Positions 13,721 to 27,836 of a stretch of 64,000 nucleotides of DNA are shown here, in pieces; the first letter of the stretch is position 1; every line of letters begins with the position of its first letter. The position numbers and the translations under genes are program-made. This stretch comes from Octopus vulgaris (lineage: Eukaryota), in contig OX597835.1 in the NCBI GenBank assembly GCA_951406725.2, positions 7,316,001-7,380,000 of the forward strand, read 5' to 3'. The notes under the pieces are model-generated. The model ran no database searches and was not told the DNA's origin. It worked only from the letters and a program-made list of their open reading frames with translations.

Positions 13721-13992
13721 TAAGTTTCTTTATTGGCCACACAGGGCTGCACACAGATGGGACAAGTTACAAGGTAGAGCTTTTCTTTTGGGGGGTTGAA
13801 AAAACAAAAAAACAAAAAACAAAAGAAACAAAAAAATAGATAGATAGATAGATAGATAGACAGACAAACAGAACCGAATGGGTAAGAGAATTAAACCGAG
13901 AAAGAAAGAATGAATGAATTGATGGATGGACGGACGAACGGATGAGGAATTTAAAAGCAGGCCGGTTTAAAAGTTGAAGGTTTTCTACTTAC

Positions 13993-14442
13993 ATACGATA
14001 TCATAGGTTTATTCCAGGCAGCTGCCAACCTGGCAGCAACTCCACAGTAAGTTTCGGGTCCAAAGAATGCATAAACTTCATCAGTCCAAGAATGGCACAT
14101 TTGCCTAAGAACTTCCAACTCGTCCGATAGTGTGTCACTCCATTTAAATGCCAGCGTGTGATTTGGTAACAGGTTGGTGTCATTGTTGATTTTGGACACG
14201 GCATACGACAAAGCACCAGATATTAACCTAGCCTGTTTTTCCCTTTGATATTCCTGCGATTCCGATGCTGCCATGTAACTGAAATAGATAACGGTTTTGT
14301 TTTCCGAAGGCGAAGTCTGCATCGTGTGGAATTTTGTATTTCCCCGGATAATTGTGTCGCTAATTGAATCGCCCCGGAAAACGATACAACAGAGACCTAA
14401 CAAGATGTTCACCGCTGCCCCCATACACCACCCGGCGGACAT
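13993..14442 (-). CDS. First coding exon (150 codons, phase-0 end) of a receptor-type membrane guanylyl cyclase-like protein (Gyc32E/natriuretic-peptide-receptor type): signal peptide plus N-terminal part of the ANF-receptor ligand-binding domain
   Basis: Complex ORF with hydrophobic signal peptide (MGAAVNILLGLCCIVFRG) and ANF-receptor-family motifs ISGALSYAVSKINNDTNLLPNHTLAF..DT and AFFGPETYC..AARLAAAWNKPMISY. In-frame TAA 6 codons upstream of the ATG. Canonical GTAAGT donor at 13992-13987 directly after MISY. Cyclase assignment is inferred from the extracellular motif only. Confidence 0.88.
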
Positions 14443-16048
14443 AATATCGAGTGATTTTTATATAGATTTATATCTATATTTATATATTTATCTTTATATA
14501 TATATATATGCTTGCTGTATATGTATGTACGTGTGTGTGTGAGTGCGTGCTATATATGTAATATATCTGTATAATATATGTATATATAATATATAAGTAT
14601 ATACACTTTTGGTGAAATTGTTTAAAAGTTTTTTGCTGTATAAGATATGGTTTCCGCAAATTTGTTGTTTTTCGATATTCAGGGAGTGTTTGATGTACTT
14701 GAAAGACTTTCTGCAATATTTCGCCGTATATATAATCTGTATATACACAAGTAGGTAGGTGTGTATAAATATATACACGAACGATTGGCTGTTTGTAAAT
14801 ACGCGACCAAGTTTTCTTTTCGCAATAAGCAAATTTGTAAATATGTACAAGTATATATATACATACAGCATATGATGTATAATATAAATATAAAATATAT
14901 ATGCATATAAGTAATATAATATATACACGCATGTGTATATATACATGAGAAATCGGGGGAGGTATTTCAAAAATAAAATAATAAAAAAAAAAAAACAACT
15001 TTCCTTCGCCTTCGACGTGGAGGGAAGATCAAGAAATATCCTAAACTGATTCCACGTATATTCCGATAGAGTATTCAAGTTATGCTCGTTTGGAAAAAGA
15101 CAGAGAAATAGACAGGGAGAGAGAGAGAGAGGGAGGGAGATTGGAGAAGGAGAACGAGTGAGGGGAGGAGTGAAGACGGGAGGGGAGAGAGGGGAGGAGT
15201 GGAAATGGAGTGTTGGAGGGTGGTTGTGTGTGGGGAGAGAATGGGAGTGGAAATGGTGATGGTGGTGGTGGTGGTAGCGGTGAAAGGATACGAGTAAACA
15301 AATGAATACATATAACAGGAAAGAAAATTGAGAAAGGAGGGAGGGAGAGAGAGGTACAGGAAACGGTGAGGGATATATGTACGAGTGAGGGGAAGGGAGA
15401 GAGAGAGAGAAGGAGAGAGGGAAAGAGTGAGAGAGAGAGAAATGGAGAGAAAGAAAGAGTGAAATGAGCGGGAAGAAGGAAAGTAAGAGCGTGAATATTA
15501 GTGTATGAAATGAGTGTGTTTGTGTGAGAGGGGGGTCTGTGTGTGTGTGTGTGTGTGTGTGTATGAGAGAGAGAGAGAAAGAAAAAGAAAGAAAGAGAGA
15601 GAAAGAGAGAGAGAGAAAGAAAGAGAAAGAAAGAGAGAGAGAGAGAAAGAAAGAGAAAGAAAGAGAGAGAGAGAAAGAAAAAGAAAGAAAGAGATAGAAA
15701 GAGAGAGAGAGAGAAAGAAAGAGAAAGAAAGAGAGAGAGAAAGAAAAAGAAAGAAAGAGAAAGAAAGAGAGAGAGAGAGAGAAAGAAAGAGATAGAAAGA
15801 GAGGGAGAGAAAGAAAAAGAAAGAAAGAGAAAGAAAGAGAGAGAGAGAAAGAAAGAGAGATAGAGAGTGAGAGAGTGTGTGTGTGTGTGTGTGTACGTGT
15901 AGATGTATGTTAGCATGTATATAAACAAGGGTGGTCGTAACTTTTTACCTTTATCCTATACATTCACTCTGTGCGCGCGTGTACGAAGTCAATTGAGAAG
16001 GGGAAACCGATAGATAGATAGATAGATCGATAGATAGATAGATAGATC

Positions 16049-16137
<89 letters not shown>

Positions 16138-16140
16138 ACA

Positions 16141-16222
<82 letters not shown>

Positions 16223-16417
16223 TAGATAGACAGACAGACAAACAGATATGTTTCTTTATTAGCCACACAGGGCTGCACACAGACAGGACAAGATTACAAG
16301 GTAGAGCTTTTCTTTTGGGGGTAAAAGAAGGGGGTTTGGTTTTCGATCAAAAGGGATCGTAAATGGAAAGATAGATAGATAGATAGAAAGATAGATAGAT
16401 AGATAGATAGATAAATG

Positions 16418-16459
<42 letters not shown>

Positions 16460-16643
16460 AAGATAGATAGATAGATAGATAAATATATAGATAGATAAAT
16501 AGACGTATGTATGTGCTCCTGTGAGCATGTTGAACTATCTCTCACCGTCTCTCTCTTTATATATATGTGTGTGTGTGTGTGTGTATAAGCGGAGATAACT
16601 TTTAATATTTATTCAATGCATTTATATATATATATATATACAT

Positions 16644-16803
<160 letters not shown>

Positions 16804-16987
16804 ATACACGCAAACACGCAGATACACGCGCACAACTATATACTTATATAGAAGGGTAAATAGATTTGATTACTATATCGATAGTAAACGTGAATATACA
16901 TGGATAGATGGACAGATAGAGCGAGAAAGAAAGAGAAATAGAGAGAGAGGAGTTACACTAGATCGAAGCATATGCTTGTTTACGTAA

Positions 16988-17037
<50 letters not shown>

Positions 17038-17066
17038 CGTTCATGTGTGTGTGTGTGTGTGTTTGC

Positions 17067-17132
<66 letters not shown>

Positions 17133-17299
17133 AGGTAGATGGAGAAACGGACAGGTTTATTTGGTTTGCTTTTTTCCTTTTCTTTTAGACAATATGTTGT
17201 GAACGACAGAAAAGATCAGAAAATGAAAATGCCACACTCACACAGACACACAAACACATACTGATACACACGCGCACACACACGAGCTGCACACACTTG

Positions 17300-17341
<42 letters not shown>

Positions 17342-17528
17342 AACACATTTAACACGCACAAGCACACACTCTGTAAAACACACACAAACAACACAACGTA
17401 TACATTCACTAAACGCACACCCTCATATATATATATATATATATATATGTATACACACACTGACACACATATATACAGATACGTATAGACATATACAGAC
17501 ACATACGGTCATGTTACACCGACGTTAT

Positions 17529-17576
<48 letters not shown>

Positions 17577-18276
17577 ACACACACGCACACACACACACAC
17601 ATACATATGTACAATATTTATCTCTGATCAGATGAAGTAGATTTTGTTGAAATTTCTATCACGGATCAGTATATATATAGGGGGTGGGGGTATGCGTATT
17701 TATATATGTGTGTGTACGTATGTATGTATGTATGTATGTATGTATGTATGTATGTATGTGTGTGTATGCATGTATGTATATGTGTATGTATGTATGTATG
17801 TTTGTATGTATGTATGTAGGTATGTGTGTATGTATGTTTGTATGTATGTATGTATGTATGTATGCATGCATGTATGTATGTATGTATGTATGTATGTATG
17901 TTTGTATGTATGTATGTATGTTTGTACGTATGTACGTATGCATGTATGTATGTATGTACGTATGTATGTATGTATGTATGTATGTATATTTGTATGTATG
18001 TATGTATGTATGTTTGTATGTATGTATGTATGTGTGTATGTATGTATGTGTGTGTATGTATGTATGTATGTGTGTATGTATGTATGTGTGTGTGTGTATG
18101 TATGTATGTGTGTATGTATGTAAATACGCTGTATGTAAATACAGTCAGCGTATCAATTATTGGTTTAGTATGGATGCGTCTAAACCAGCTTTTGTAGCCT
18201 GCGACATGCTCATCTTCCTGTTGCTTGACAGACATCAATTTAACTTCCTTCTCTCTTCTATCTCTCTCTCCTTCTG

Positions 18277-18357
<81 letters not shown>

Positions 18358-18480
18358 CTCTATCTATATCTATATATATATATATACATCATCTCTCTCT
18401 CTCTCTCTCTCTCTCTGTATATATATATATATAATATATATATAATATATATGTATATATATATATATATAGATAGATAT

Positions 18481-18666
18481 TTTTCCTCTGTCTTCCCTTC
18501 TCGGGATCTTTCCTTCTCCTATGTTTCCGACGAAGAGCTCCGCTCGAAACGTTAAACCCTCCTTCTTCCTTTCTTTCCTGAGCGTCTAATAATACTTTAT
18601 TTGTTCCACGTCCTCGCATTGTTGTGTTTTTTTTTGTTGTTTTTTGTGTTTTCATGTTTGGATTAA
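18481..18666 (+). mobile_element. Penelope-like pLTR fragment with hammerhead-like motif (18523-18557)
   Basis: GTTT-CCGACGA-A-GAGC(TCC)GCTC-GAAAC-GT-T-AAAC. Homologous to the inverted copy at 25411-25618; flanked by (TA)n. Confidence 0.6.
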
Positions 18667-18720
<54 letters not shown>

Positions 18721-18788
18721 CTAAATTAGAGACAAAACCACTATTATGCAAATCAAACAGAATACACACACACACACACACACACATG

Positions 18789-18852
<64 letters not shown>

Positions 18853-18968
18853 AACAGTACATATGGATAAATGATATCCCATAGTGGGTTACATCCATAA
18901 CCCCTACCTTACTTTGTACTATTCTAATATCTATACAGACTTGTTTTTTTTATCTCATTACGCAAAAA

Positions 18969-19003
<35 letters not shown>

Positions 19004-19197
19004 ATCTTTCTATCTATTACCCTAGATATCTACTTTTCTGTCTATCTGTCTGTCGCTCTCTCTCTTTCTCTCTGTGTGTCTCTGTCTCTCTCTCTCAATC
19101 TATCTGTCTTTCTTTCATTCTATGTATCTATCTATTTGTCTATCTACTTGACACTCTGTTTTTCTCGTTTTTCACAAACGCACACATATAAGCATAC

Positions 19198-19268
<71 letters not shown>

Positions 19269-19420
19269 AGGTACGTGGTAAGAAGTTTGCTTCCTTACCA
19301 AAAGGTTCGGAGTTCAGTCCCACTGCGTGGCACCTTCTGCGTGTGTATTCTTCTATAGCCTCAAACTGACCACAGTCCTTGTGAATGGATCTGGTAGGCA
19401 GAAACTGAAAGACACCCATC

Positions 19421-19511
<91 letters not shown>

Positions 19512-19661
19512 CATATAAGGCAAATATAAGTAAATTGATATAGGATGTAACTCTCATAACCTATGGAAATTACTTTTGCAATTGACTTTTTTTCCATTCC
19601 TTACTATTTTCATTATTTCATTATTTTATTTTATCATTATATCTTACATCCTCACATTAGT

Positions 19662-20050
19662 GGAGGCGCAATGGCCCAGTGGTTAGGGCAGCGGACTCGC
19701 GGTCATAGGATTGCGGTTTCGATTCCCAGACCGGGCGTTGTGAGTGTTTATTGAGCGAAAACACCTAAAAGCTCCACGAGGCTCCGGCAGGGGGCATGGT
19801 GGTGATCCCTGCTGTACTCTTTCACCACAACTTTCTCTCACTCTTACTTCCTGTTTCTGTCGTACCTGTATTTCAAGGGGCCGGCCTTGTCACCCTCTGT
19901 GTCACGCTGAATATCCCCGAGAACTACGTTAAGAGTACAAGAGTCTGCGGAGTGCTCAGCCACTTACACGTTAATTTCACGAGCAGGCTGTTCCGTTGAT
20001 TCGGATCAACCGGAACCCTCATCGTCGTAACCGACAGAGTGCTTCCATCC
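19662..20050 (+). mobile_element. tRNA-derived SINE family C, full length
   Basis: A box TGGCCCAGTGG, B box GGTTTCGATTCC; flanking direct repeat ACATCCTCACAT (19646-19657, 20051-20062). Near-identical to 50464-50850. Confidence 0.9.
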
Positions 20051-20272
20051 ACATCCTCACATGTTAGATTCCTAACTTTATGGTTTTTCTGATGAAGTGT
20101 TGGGCTCAATTATTGTCCAACCCCTGTCCGATGCTTGTTCAACCTTTATACAATCCCTGTATATTACTGGTATGATGTGTAATCCTTGGCATGTAGAAAC
20201 AGCTGTAAGGGTTTAGTATTTTTTAATTAATTTATTCTGATGTTTGTCGATAGATTATCTTCTATTCTCAAC

Positions 20273-20610
20273 GGCTGTGTGGTAAGTAGCTTGCTTACCA
20301 ACCACATGGTTCCGGGTTCAGTCCCATTGCGTGGCACCTTAGGCAAGTGTCTTCTACTCTAGCCTCGGGTCGACCAAGGATTTGTGAGTGGATTTGGTAG
20401 AGGGAAACTGAAAGAAGCCCGTCGTATATATGTATATATATTTGTGTGTGTGTGTTTGTGTGTCTGTGTTTGTACCCACAACATCGCTTGACAACCGATG
20501 CTGGTGTGTTTATGTCCCCGTAAACTAGCGGTTCGGTAACAGAGACTGATAGAATAAGTACTAGGCCTATATAGAATAAGTCCTGGGGTCGATTTGCTCG
20601 ACTAAAGGAG
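20273..20610 (+). mobile_element. SINE family A
   Basis: A/B boxes, internal (TA)(TG) tract, 3' part truncated. Confidence 0.85.
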
Positions 20611-20671
20611 GTCGAAATTGAAATTTTAGAGTTCTTTGCTTTGAAACCCAAATACCCTTAGCATTTATGTT

Positions 20672-20717
<46 letters not shown>

Positions 20718-20747
20718 TATGTGTGTGTGCATGTAAGTAAGTGTGTG

Positions 20748-20779
<32 letters not shown>

Positions 20780-20949
20780 AGTGTGTATAAGAATATATAT
20801 AATACCTTGTAATAAAAGTATACACACACATATATAAATATATAGTTAGACACACTCGCATATGGCCCTTAGCTATATTTGAAGACACTTGCCCAAGGGG
20901 CCACACAGTGAGATTGAACCCAGAACTAATTATATATGCGAACCCATGG

Positions 20950-21100
<151 letters not shown>

Positions 21101-21169
21101 GGTCGGTATGTATACATATATATATATATATGTGTTTGTGTGTGTATCTATCTATATATATATATATAT

Positions 21170-21385
21170 TCTTTTATTCTTTTATTCTTTCAATTGTCTT
21201 AGTCATTTGTCTGTGGCTATGCTGGAGCACCGCCTTTAGTCGAGCAAATCGTCCCTAGGACTAATTCTTTGTAAGCTAAGTACTTAATCTATCGGACTCT
21301 TTTGCCGAAAGGCTAAGTTAAGGTAACGTAAACACAACAACATCCGTTGTCAAGCCATGGTGGAGGGACAAACACAGACACACAA

Positions 21386-21427
<42 letters not shown>

Positions 21428-21623
21428 ACACACACACGCTCACACACACATATATATATACACGACGGGCTTCTTTCAGTTTCCGTCTACCAAATCCATT
21501 CACAAGTCTTTGGTCGGCCCGAGGCTATAGTAGAAGAGATTCGCCCAAGGTGCTACGCAGTTGGACTGGACTGAACCCGGAACCATTTGTTTGGTAGGCA
21601 AGGTACATACCACACAGCCACTC
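21170..21623 (-). mobile_element. SINE family A, full length
   Basis: Homology over head, internal (TG)n and tail. Confidence 0.85.
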
Positions 21624-21859
21624 CATTTATATAAACCGTTTATGTTTCCGCTGAATATTCTGGACAAGATTAGCAGTGACACATCTTATCCGGAGAGGGA
21701 AATATTTGCCTTCGTTTCCTCATATGACAATGGCGCTGTAAAAAGAAGCTGTTTCTAACACCAAACGGAAATACCTGTTGCAAGCGACACTGAATGATAC
21801 TAACACCAAACATGATAACAGAAAAATTCTCCAGTACAACTCTCTTGCAGTTCAAGTAC

Positions 21860-22130
21860 ATTGACAGATGTCGATAAAATCTTCCTTGCCATTGACTATT
21901 ACACAATTCGCAGCTTCACACGTCTATCACAAAATCTTCACTGGAAGTTCCGAGTTTAGCGTTTAGTTATAGTCGTTTGGATAAGAGAGGAATAATAGTG
22001 TAGAATCGTCATACAAGGAACACGACTCGGATACAACTTCAGAAGCGTGTCTTGGTGTATTTTCAATGGAAAATGTCTGGCAAAAGAAATTGAATATGGA
22101 ACAGACGTGGAAATGGTAAATTGTACAAAA
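21860..22130 (+). pseudogene. Degraded Penelope-like element ORF fragment (RT C-terminal linker into GIY-YIG endonuclease)
   Basis: Translates across frameshifts to KIFLAID..SHVYHKIF...SYS... then YNFRSVSWCIFNGKCLAKEIEY. This resembles the PLE motif H.LHKIFNRN.VKVSYSC...CNCR...CPLNGKCL...IVY. Confidence 0.55.
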
Positions 22131-22344
22131 AAAGAGCAAATTAGAAGCAATAGATTGCCTAGCGTCACTCTTGAGCGAGTACAGTTTGTTAGCATCTATC
22201 ACACTTTCCCAAATTATTCTGGGTTCCTGTGTAGCCGCGAGCAGGCATAGATATCTTCTCAGTTCCTTCATCGTTGATCCAACGGCATATCAGGATGTTA
22301 CGAAATAGCTGGAGATAGACAGATAGATAGACAGACAGACAGGC

Positions 22345-22377
<33 letters not shown>

Positions 22378-22473
22378 GGCAGACAGACAGGCAGATAGAT
22401 AGCTAGATAGATAGATAGGTAGACAGACAGACAGGCAGGCAGCAGGCAGACAGACTGACAGACAGACAGACAA

Positions 22474-22507
<34 letters not shown>

Positions 22508-23803
22508 CAACAGAGAGAGAAAGAGAGGTAGTGGCACTCGGCTCGTATCCATTTATGTCGTAGACTAGTGCAATGTGAAAGGAAGCACCTTGCTCAAGGA
22601 AACAGCGCGCTGCCCGAACTAGGAATTGAACCCAAGACCTTCTGATCATGAATAGACCTTTCTCACCATTAGTTTACGTTGCTTCAAAAAACAATGAACA
22701 TCATGTCTCAGCGAAATACCGAACAACTAGACACACCCAACGCACCGATTCGGTTCAAGGCTTCTTATTCAGGCACAAAGTCCGTCATTTCGAGAGAGGA
22801 GGGGATCGATGAATCGATTACATTGACTCCAGTACCTGACTTGCACATTATTTTATTGGCCCCCCACCCCACAAGGATGAAAAGCAAAATTGACCTCCAC
22901 CGGAGTCGAAAGAAATATCCGTAAGTACTTTTCTGCACTAACGATTCCGGCAGCTCGCCACATTCATATACAAAAATATGCACACAAACACACACACACA
23001 CGTGCACGCGTGCACATAAAGAGTAACAAATACAAAATGAATACCCTATCAATACATACAAGATATATACGCTAATTTGTAACGTCGAATCAAATGTGAT
23101 GAGTTCTATGCATCGGGGATAATTCTGGATTAGGTTAAAAAGACAAACTCAAGGGCGGATAATTTGCGAGGTTAATTCTTGTTGAAGCAACTCTAGGGAG
23201 GGAACTTAGAGGTTTAGGAAATATTTAGAGGAAATGAGCCTTTGTAGTAAAATGATTGAACATCTTAGCAGTCTCAGAAGATTACAAATTAGTATGTTAT
23301 ACCCAATTGACAAAACCCTTTTACTAATAACAAATAGAAGGTTTTCAGAAGAAATTGTGAACTAACAGTACAAATAGAGATGTAGTGTGCTGTATGATAT
23401 GCATTGACGTGCAATATCAGAACGACTCCGCAATTTATATAATAGAAATGGTTTCGAGTTTATATCGAATGAATACAAGTCAATAGGCACGGAATACATT
23501 AATATCAACCATCTTCCATTGCGCCAAAAATAGCGTCACCATATCACTAACGAGATAATAAAAAGACATCTTTCAACGTATCCTCATCATCCAACTTTGC
23601 CAAGTTACAGAGCCAGTTCACATACAGAATCCACTCTCTCACACGATAGAAAATAGGAACATAAAAACATACTCGCCTCCACCAAACACAACCTACACGA
23701 AATAAAGCGAAGACGATGACAATGGAAAGAATTTGAAAACAAAGTTCTAATGATGCAGCTAAATGCAACACAGCCAAAGATAGCATATATCTCACTGTGG
23801 CAA

Positions 23804-23870
<67 letters not shown>

Positions 23871-24046
23871 GTGTGCGTGTGTGTGTAGACTACTGAATAG
23901 ATATTCAAAAGACGGTAGCATTCAACATATTCGGTAGAATTTTCAGATCCGATCTCTGGCCTGACGAGTTAGATTCGATGGGAGAGCCTTCGAAACTTCG
24001 AGTTGCATTGAACTGAATGAAACACACACACACTCACACATATGGT

Positions 24047-24126
<80 letters not shown>

Positions 24127-24882
24127 AATATATATCAGCTGAAAACGAAAAGAATCGATATTTCACTCTCCTTTTGCAATTGAACATTCATTTCTCTGTT
24201 TTGATTTGTTTGCAATTATGAGCTTACATGCGTATACATACATACATAGAAAGAAATACAGATAGAGAGACAGACAGATAAATAAATAAATAAACAAATA
24301 AATAAATAAATAGATAGATAGATTTGGATGCATGCGTGGGCAAGAAGGGGTGGTGACAGGGCGAATTCGTGCATGTGTCCGAACATGCACTAAGATACAA
24401 ATATAAATAAATTATATGCCCTAAAGTATATAACAAGTCAAGTGTTACTTAACATCGCCATGCTTGGAAGGAGAATGTAAACGAAAGAGGAAAGAAAGAC
24501 CAACAGCCAACGATAAACCACTTGAGTGAACAGAACCAAAATCCATACAAGCAGCAACAGCATAAAGTTTTTATATTTCTGAGTGTGGGCGCAATGGGAT
24601 CCAAAGCTCAATATCCGTTTCAATACAATAACTCTTGTACGAACAAGCTCGCAAACAGCACATACGAACATACACTCTCTCTCATACACAGGGATGACGT
24701 AACCGCCCCGATTAAAATTCTACATACGCACCCAGGTTTATTCATATAACGAACAGTGAACGCTTTATGAATGTTTGGATATGAGGCCAAAAGGGAGCAG
24801 GGAATGGAATTATACATAAGTATGAATATATATATATATATATTCATATATGTGTGTGTTAGTATGTATGCATATATCTATG

Positions 24883-24919
<37 letters not shown>

Positions 24920-24957
24920 GTATATAGGTAAGTAGAAATATGTATATATATATATAA

Positions 24958-25031
<74 letters not shown>

Positions 25032-25139
25032 ATAAGTAAGTAGAAATATGTATATGTATATATAATGTACATTTATATAGACATAAATTTACACACACAC
25101 ACACACACACAAATACGTACATATATTCTTTCTTTTCTT

Positions 25140-25768
25140 GTCTTTTACTTCTTTCACTCATTTGACTGCGACCGTGCTGGGGCAGCGCCTTTATTCGAGC
25201 AAATCTACTCCAGGACTTATTTCTGGTAAGCCTGGTACCTATTCCATCGGTTTCTTTTGCCGAACCGCTATTTCACGGGGATGTAAACACTAGCATTGGT
25301 TGTCAAACGATGTTGGGGGTGGGGGGACAAACACGGACACATATGTATACACACACACATATATGTGTTTGTGTGTGTATATATATATATATATATATAC
25401 ATATATATAAAGTTAATCCAAACATGAAAACACAAAGAGAAAACACAACAACGCGAGGACGTGGAACAAAAATAGTACTATTGGATGCTCAGGAAGGAAG
25501 GGAAGAGAGAGGGTTTTATGTTTCGAGCGGAGCCCTTCGTCAGAAACATAGGAAAAGGAAAGATCCAGAGGAGGGAAGACGGAGGAAAAAAAATCGCCAA
25601 CGGTACACACGCGGTCACGACGGGTATCTTTCAGTTTCCGTCTACCAAATCTACTCACAAGGCTTTGAGGCTATAGCAGAAGACACTTTGTCCAAGGTAC
25701 CCTGCAGTGGGACTGAACTTGAAACCAAGTGATTGGTAAGGAAGCTACTTACCACACAGCCGCTCCTT
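25140..25768 (-). mobile_element. SINE family A interrupted by a Penelope-like fragment
   Basis: 3' part 25140-25345 and head 25618-25768. Confidence 0.8.
25411..25618 (-). mobile_element. Penelope-like pLTR fragment with hammerhead-like motif (25513-25547), inserted in the microsatellite of a SINE
   Basis: Minus strand GTTT-CTGACGA-A-GGGC(TCC)GCTC-GAAAC-AT-A-AAAC. Same family as 18481-18666. Confidence 0.6.
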
Positions 25769-26367
25769 CGTCTATATATATAATAAGTCAAAAAAGAAAA
25801 ACAAAGATAAAAGAACAAGAAAAAACAACAACGCAAACACGTGGTACATGTAACGTAGTAACACACATGTCTTACGCTTATTGTCTGTTCCCCATATACG
25901 GCATTAATATTCATCGCACTTTACGTTGCGCTGTTGCCCTTCTGAACTCATAAAGCAAAGTATGCCGAATATCCTCTTTTGTTACTTCCATTATAGTTTT
26001 GAAAAAATAACTGTTAAAATCGAATTGCACTCTTCAAACCTTGCACTACAAATAAGGACAAGGTAAAATTACTACCTGCTTTTCTAGCAAGTTAATGCAG
26101 GTAGTTTGCCCCATCCCTCTCCGACTTTTAGTTCATGCAGTTGAAACAACCGCATTATTTATGGGATGATCCAATAAGTAAATAATCACCACCAAGGAGA
26201 ATGGAGTGATCCAGGCTTTAATTGGTTTAACTCCAGGGTTAACTCCCACATAAAGCTATTAAGAAAATTCATAAATGTAATATAAATACATATAGTCTTA
26301 GAGATAATATAGATACACAAGGACAGATTGATAGACAGAAGGATAGATAGATAGATAGGTAGGTAGG

Positions 26368-26440
<73 letters not shown>

Positions 26441-26517
26441 GCACAAATACATAGATTGATAGATGTATGTAAGCACATGCATGCTACAAGCACAGGTACA
26501 TATGTGAATAGATACAA

Positions 26518-26557
<40 letters not shown>

Positions 26558-26851
26558 ACATATATATAATATATACAATACACTGTTTGAAGTGCAGTAC
26601 ATATTATATAAGCTGAGGTTCTTTCAGTTTTTATCAGTCAAATCCCTAGGCGAACTACTTATCGACATAGCCAAAGCTTTACATTTTCTTCGATGAGAGT
26701 GTGTTAAAATAATTACGTTTTCAAATTTATTTTCTCCAGCGCTTTGGAACCATTTTAAGACGTATAACAGCCATTTATTGCCATTTCTTTTATAAACCAA
26801 GAAACGAAACCTTCATTAATTGCAACTAATTTACTAATTTTCCTGTAATAA

Positions 26852-27200
26852 TTACCTCTGCGTTAGCGAAGGCGGAGGTATTGTTTTTCAGTCGTATTTG
26901 CTTGTTTGTTCGTTCGTGGACAAGATATCTCAAAAATCGTTGCATGGAATCGGATGAAACATTCAGGGATGTTTGGCCTCGCGACTGGCAAGAACTGATT
27001 AGATTTTGGGATCGATCCGGTACCGGACAAAGATTCTGGATTATTTTTGAGAGTGGTCAGGTTCATTTTTAGTATTCTTGTTTGTGAGAGCAATCAAGTT
27101 TACTTCGGATATTCTCATTATAAAAATCATGTCTGGCTAATCATTGAGAGGACGTTGGTGTTGCCTTGGCGGAGGTTTGCACTTTCTGAGAGCTCTTGTT
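26852..27200 (+). mobile_element. Helentron-associated (HINE/DINE-1-like) element, short form
   Basis: TTACCTCTGC..GGCGGAGGTA at the 5' end; GGCGGAGGT subTIR and small hairpin at the 3' end; ends in TT. Confidence 0.7.
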
Positions 27201-27272
27201 ATTGTTACCTCCGTCATCAGTGACCGTGCCATAACACTAACTTAATTAAGAGACGATTAACACAGTTTTTAG

Positions 27273-27836
27273 TTTTCATTCCTTTTAAAGATTGCTCTTA
27301 AATGTGGTTTTGGTTGTTTTGACTACTTCTTCTAGCGTGTAAAACTCCCTGTTGAAGGCAGTTTTCTCTTGTGTTTAAATGTACACTATTTTATATTGAG
27401 AATATATTGTCCATTGACTTTTTATACACGTTAAGCTACTGGTAGTGAAATTTCTAAATAAACTCACTACCCTATATATATTTTACGTGTATATATGTTA
27501 GTGTTATGTTGCGGTCACTGATGAAAATTCGCCTAGGAGATTATTATATTCGCTAACAAATTTAGAAACTTAAGACTGGCCGAAATAAAAATAACAAGGT
27601 AAAAATTTTTATTTTTCATTCTTTTTGAAGATTGCTTTTAAATGTGGTTTTGGCCGTTTTGACTGCTTCTTCTAGCGTGTAAAAACTGCTTATTAAAGGC
27701 AGTTTTCTCTTGTGTTTAAATGTACATTATTTTATATTGAGAATATGCTGTCTATTGACTTTTTATGCATGCTAGGCCACTGGTGGTGAAATTTCTAAAA
27801 AGCTCACTACCCTATATATATTTTACGTGTGTATAT
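27273..27836. repeat. Direct repeat of ~223 bp x 2 with 340-bp period
   Basis: 27273-27496 versus 27613-27836. Confidence 0.9.
27513..27581 (+). ncRNA. Degenerate type I hammerhead motif between 340-bp-period direct repeats
   Basis: GGTCA-CTGATGA-AAATT...AATTT-A-GAAAC-TTAA-GAC-TGGCC. The cleavage triplet reads GAC instead of GTC. Confidence 0.6.

Noticed and set aside
12529-13815. 428-aa ORF and the many YI/CV/HT/LS/poly-I ORFs in the track
   Set aside because: Translations of stop-free microsatellites with no domain-like sequence.
13951-13992. C-terminal VSRKPSTFKPACF of the 163-aa ORF as real protein
   Set aside because: It begins exactly at a GTAAGT donor, so it is intron read-through.
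14455-14465. TATA box (CTATATAAAAA, minus strand) for the cyclase gene
   Set aside because: Only ~13 bp from the ATG and embedded in AT-rich simple sequence.
19662-19737. tRNA genes at SINE heads (also 7530-7607, 38653-38727, 50464-50538, 56604-56678)
   Set aside because: A/B boxes are present but the acceptor stems do not pair, and each continues into a repeated SINE body, some with TSDs.
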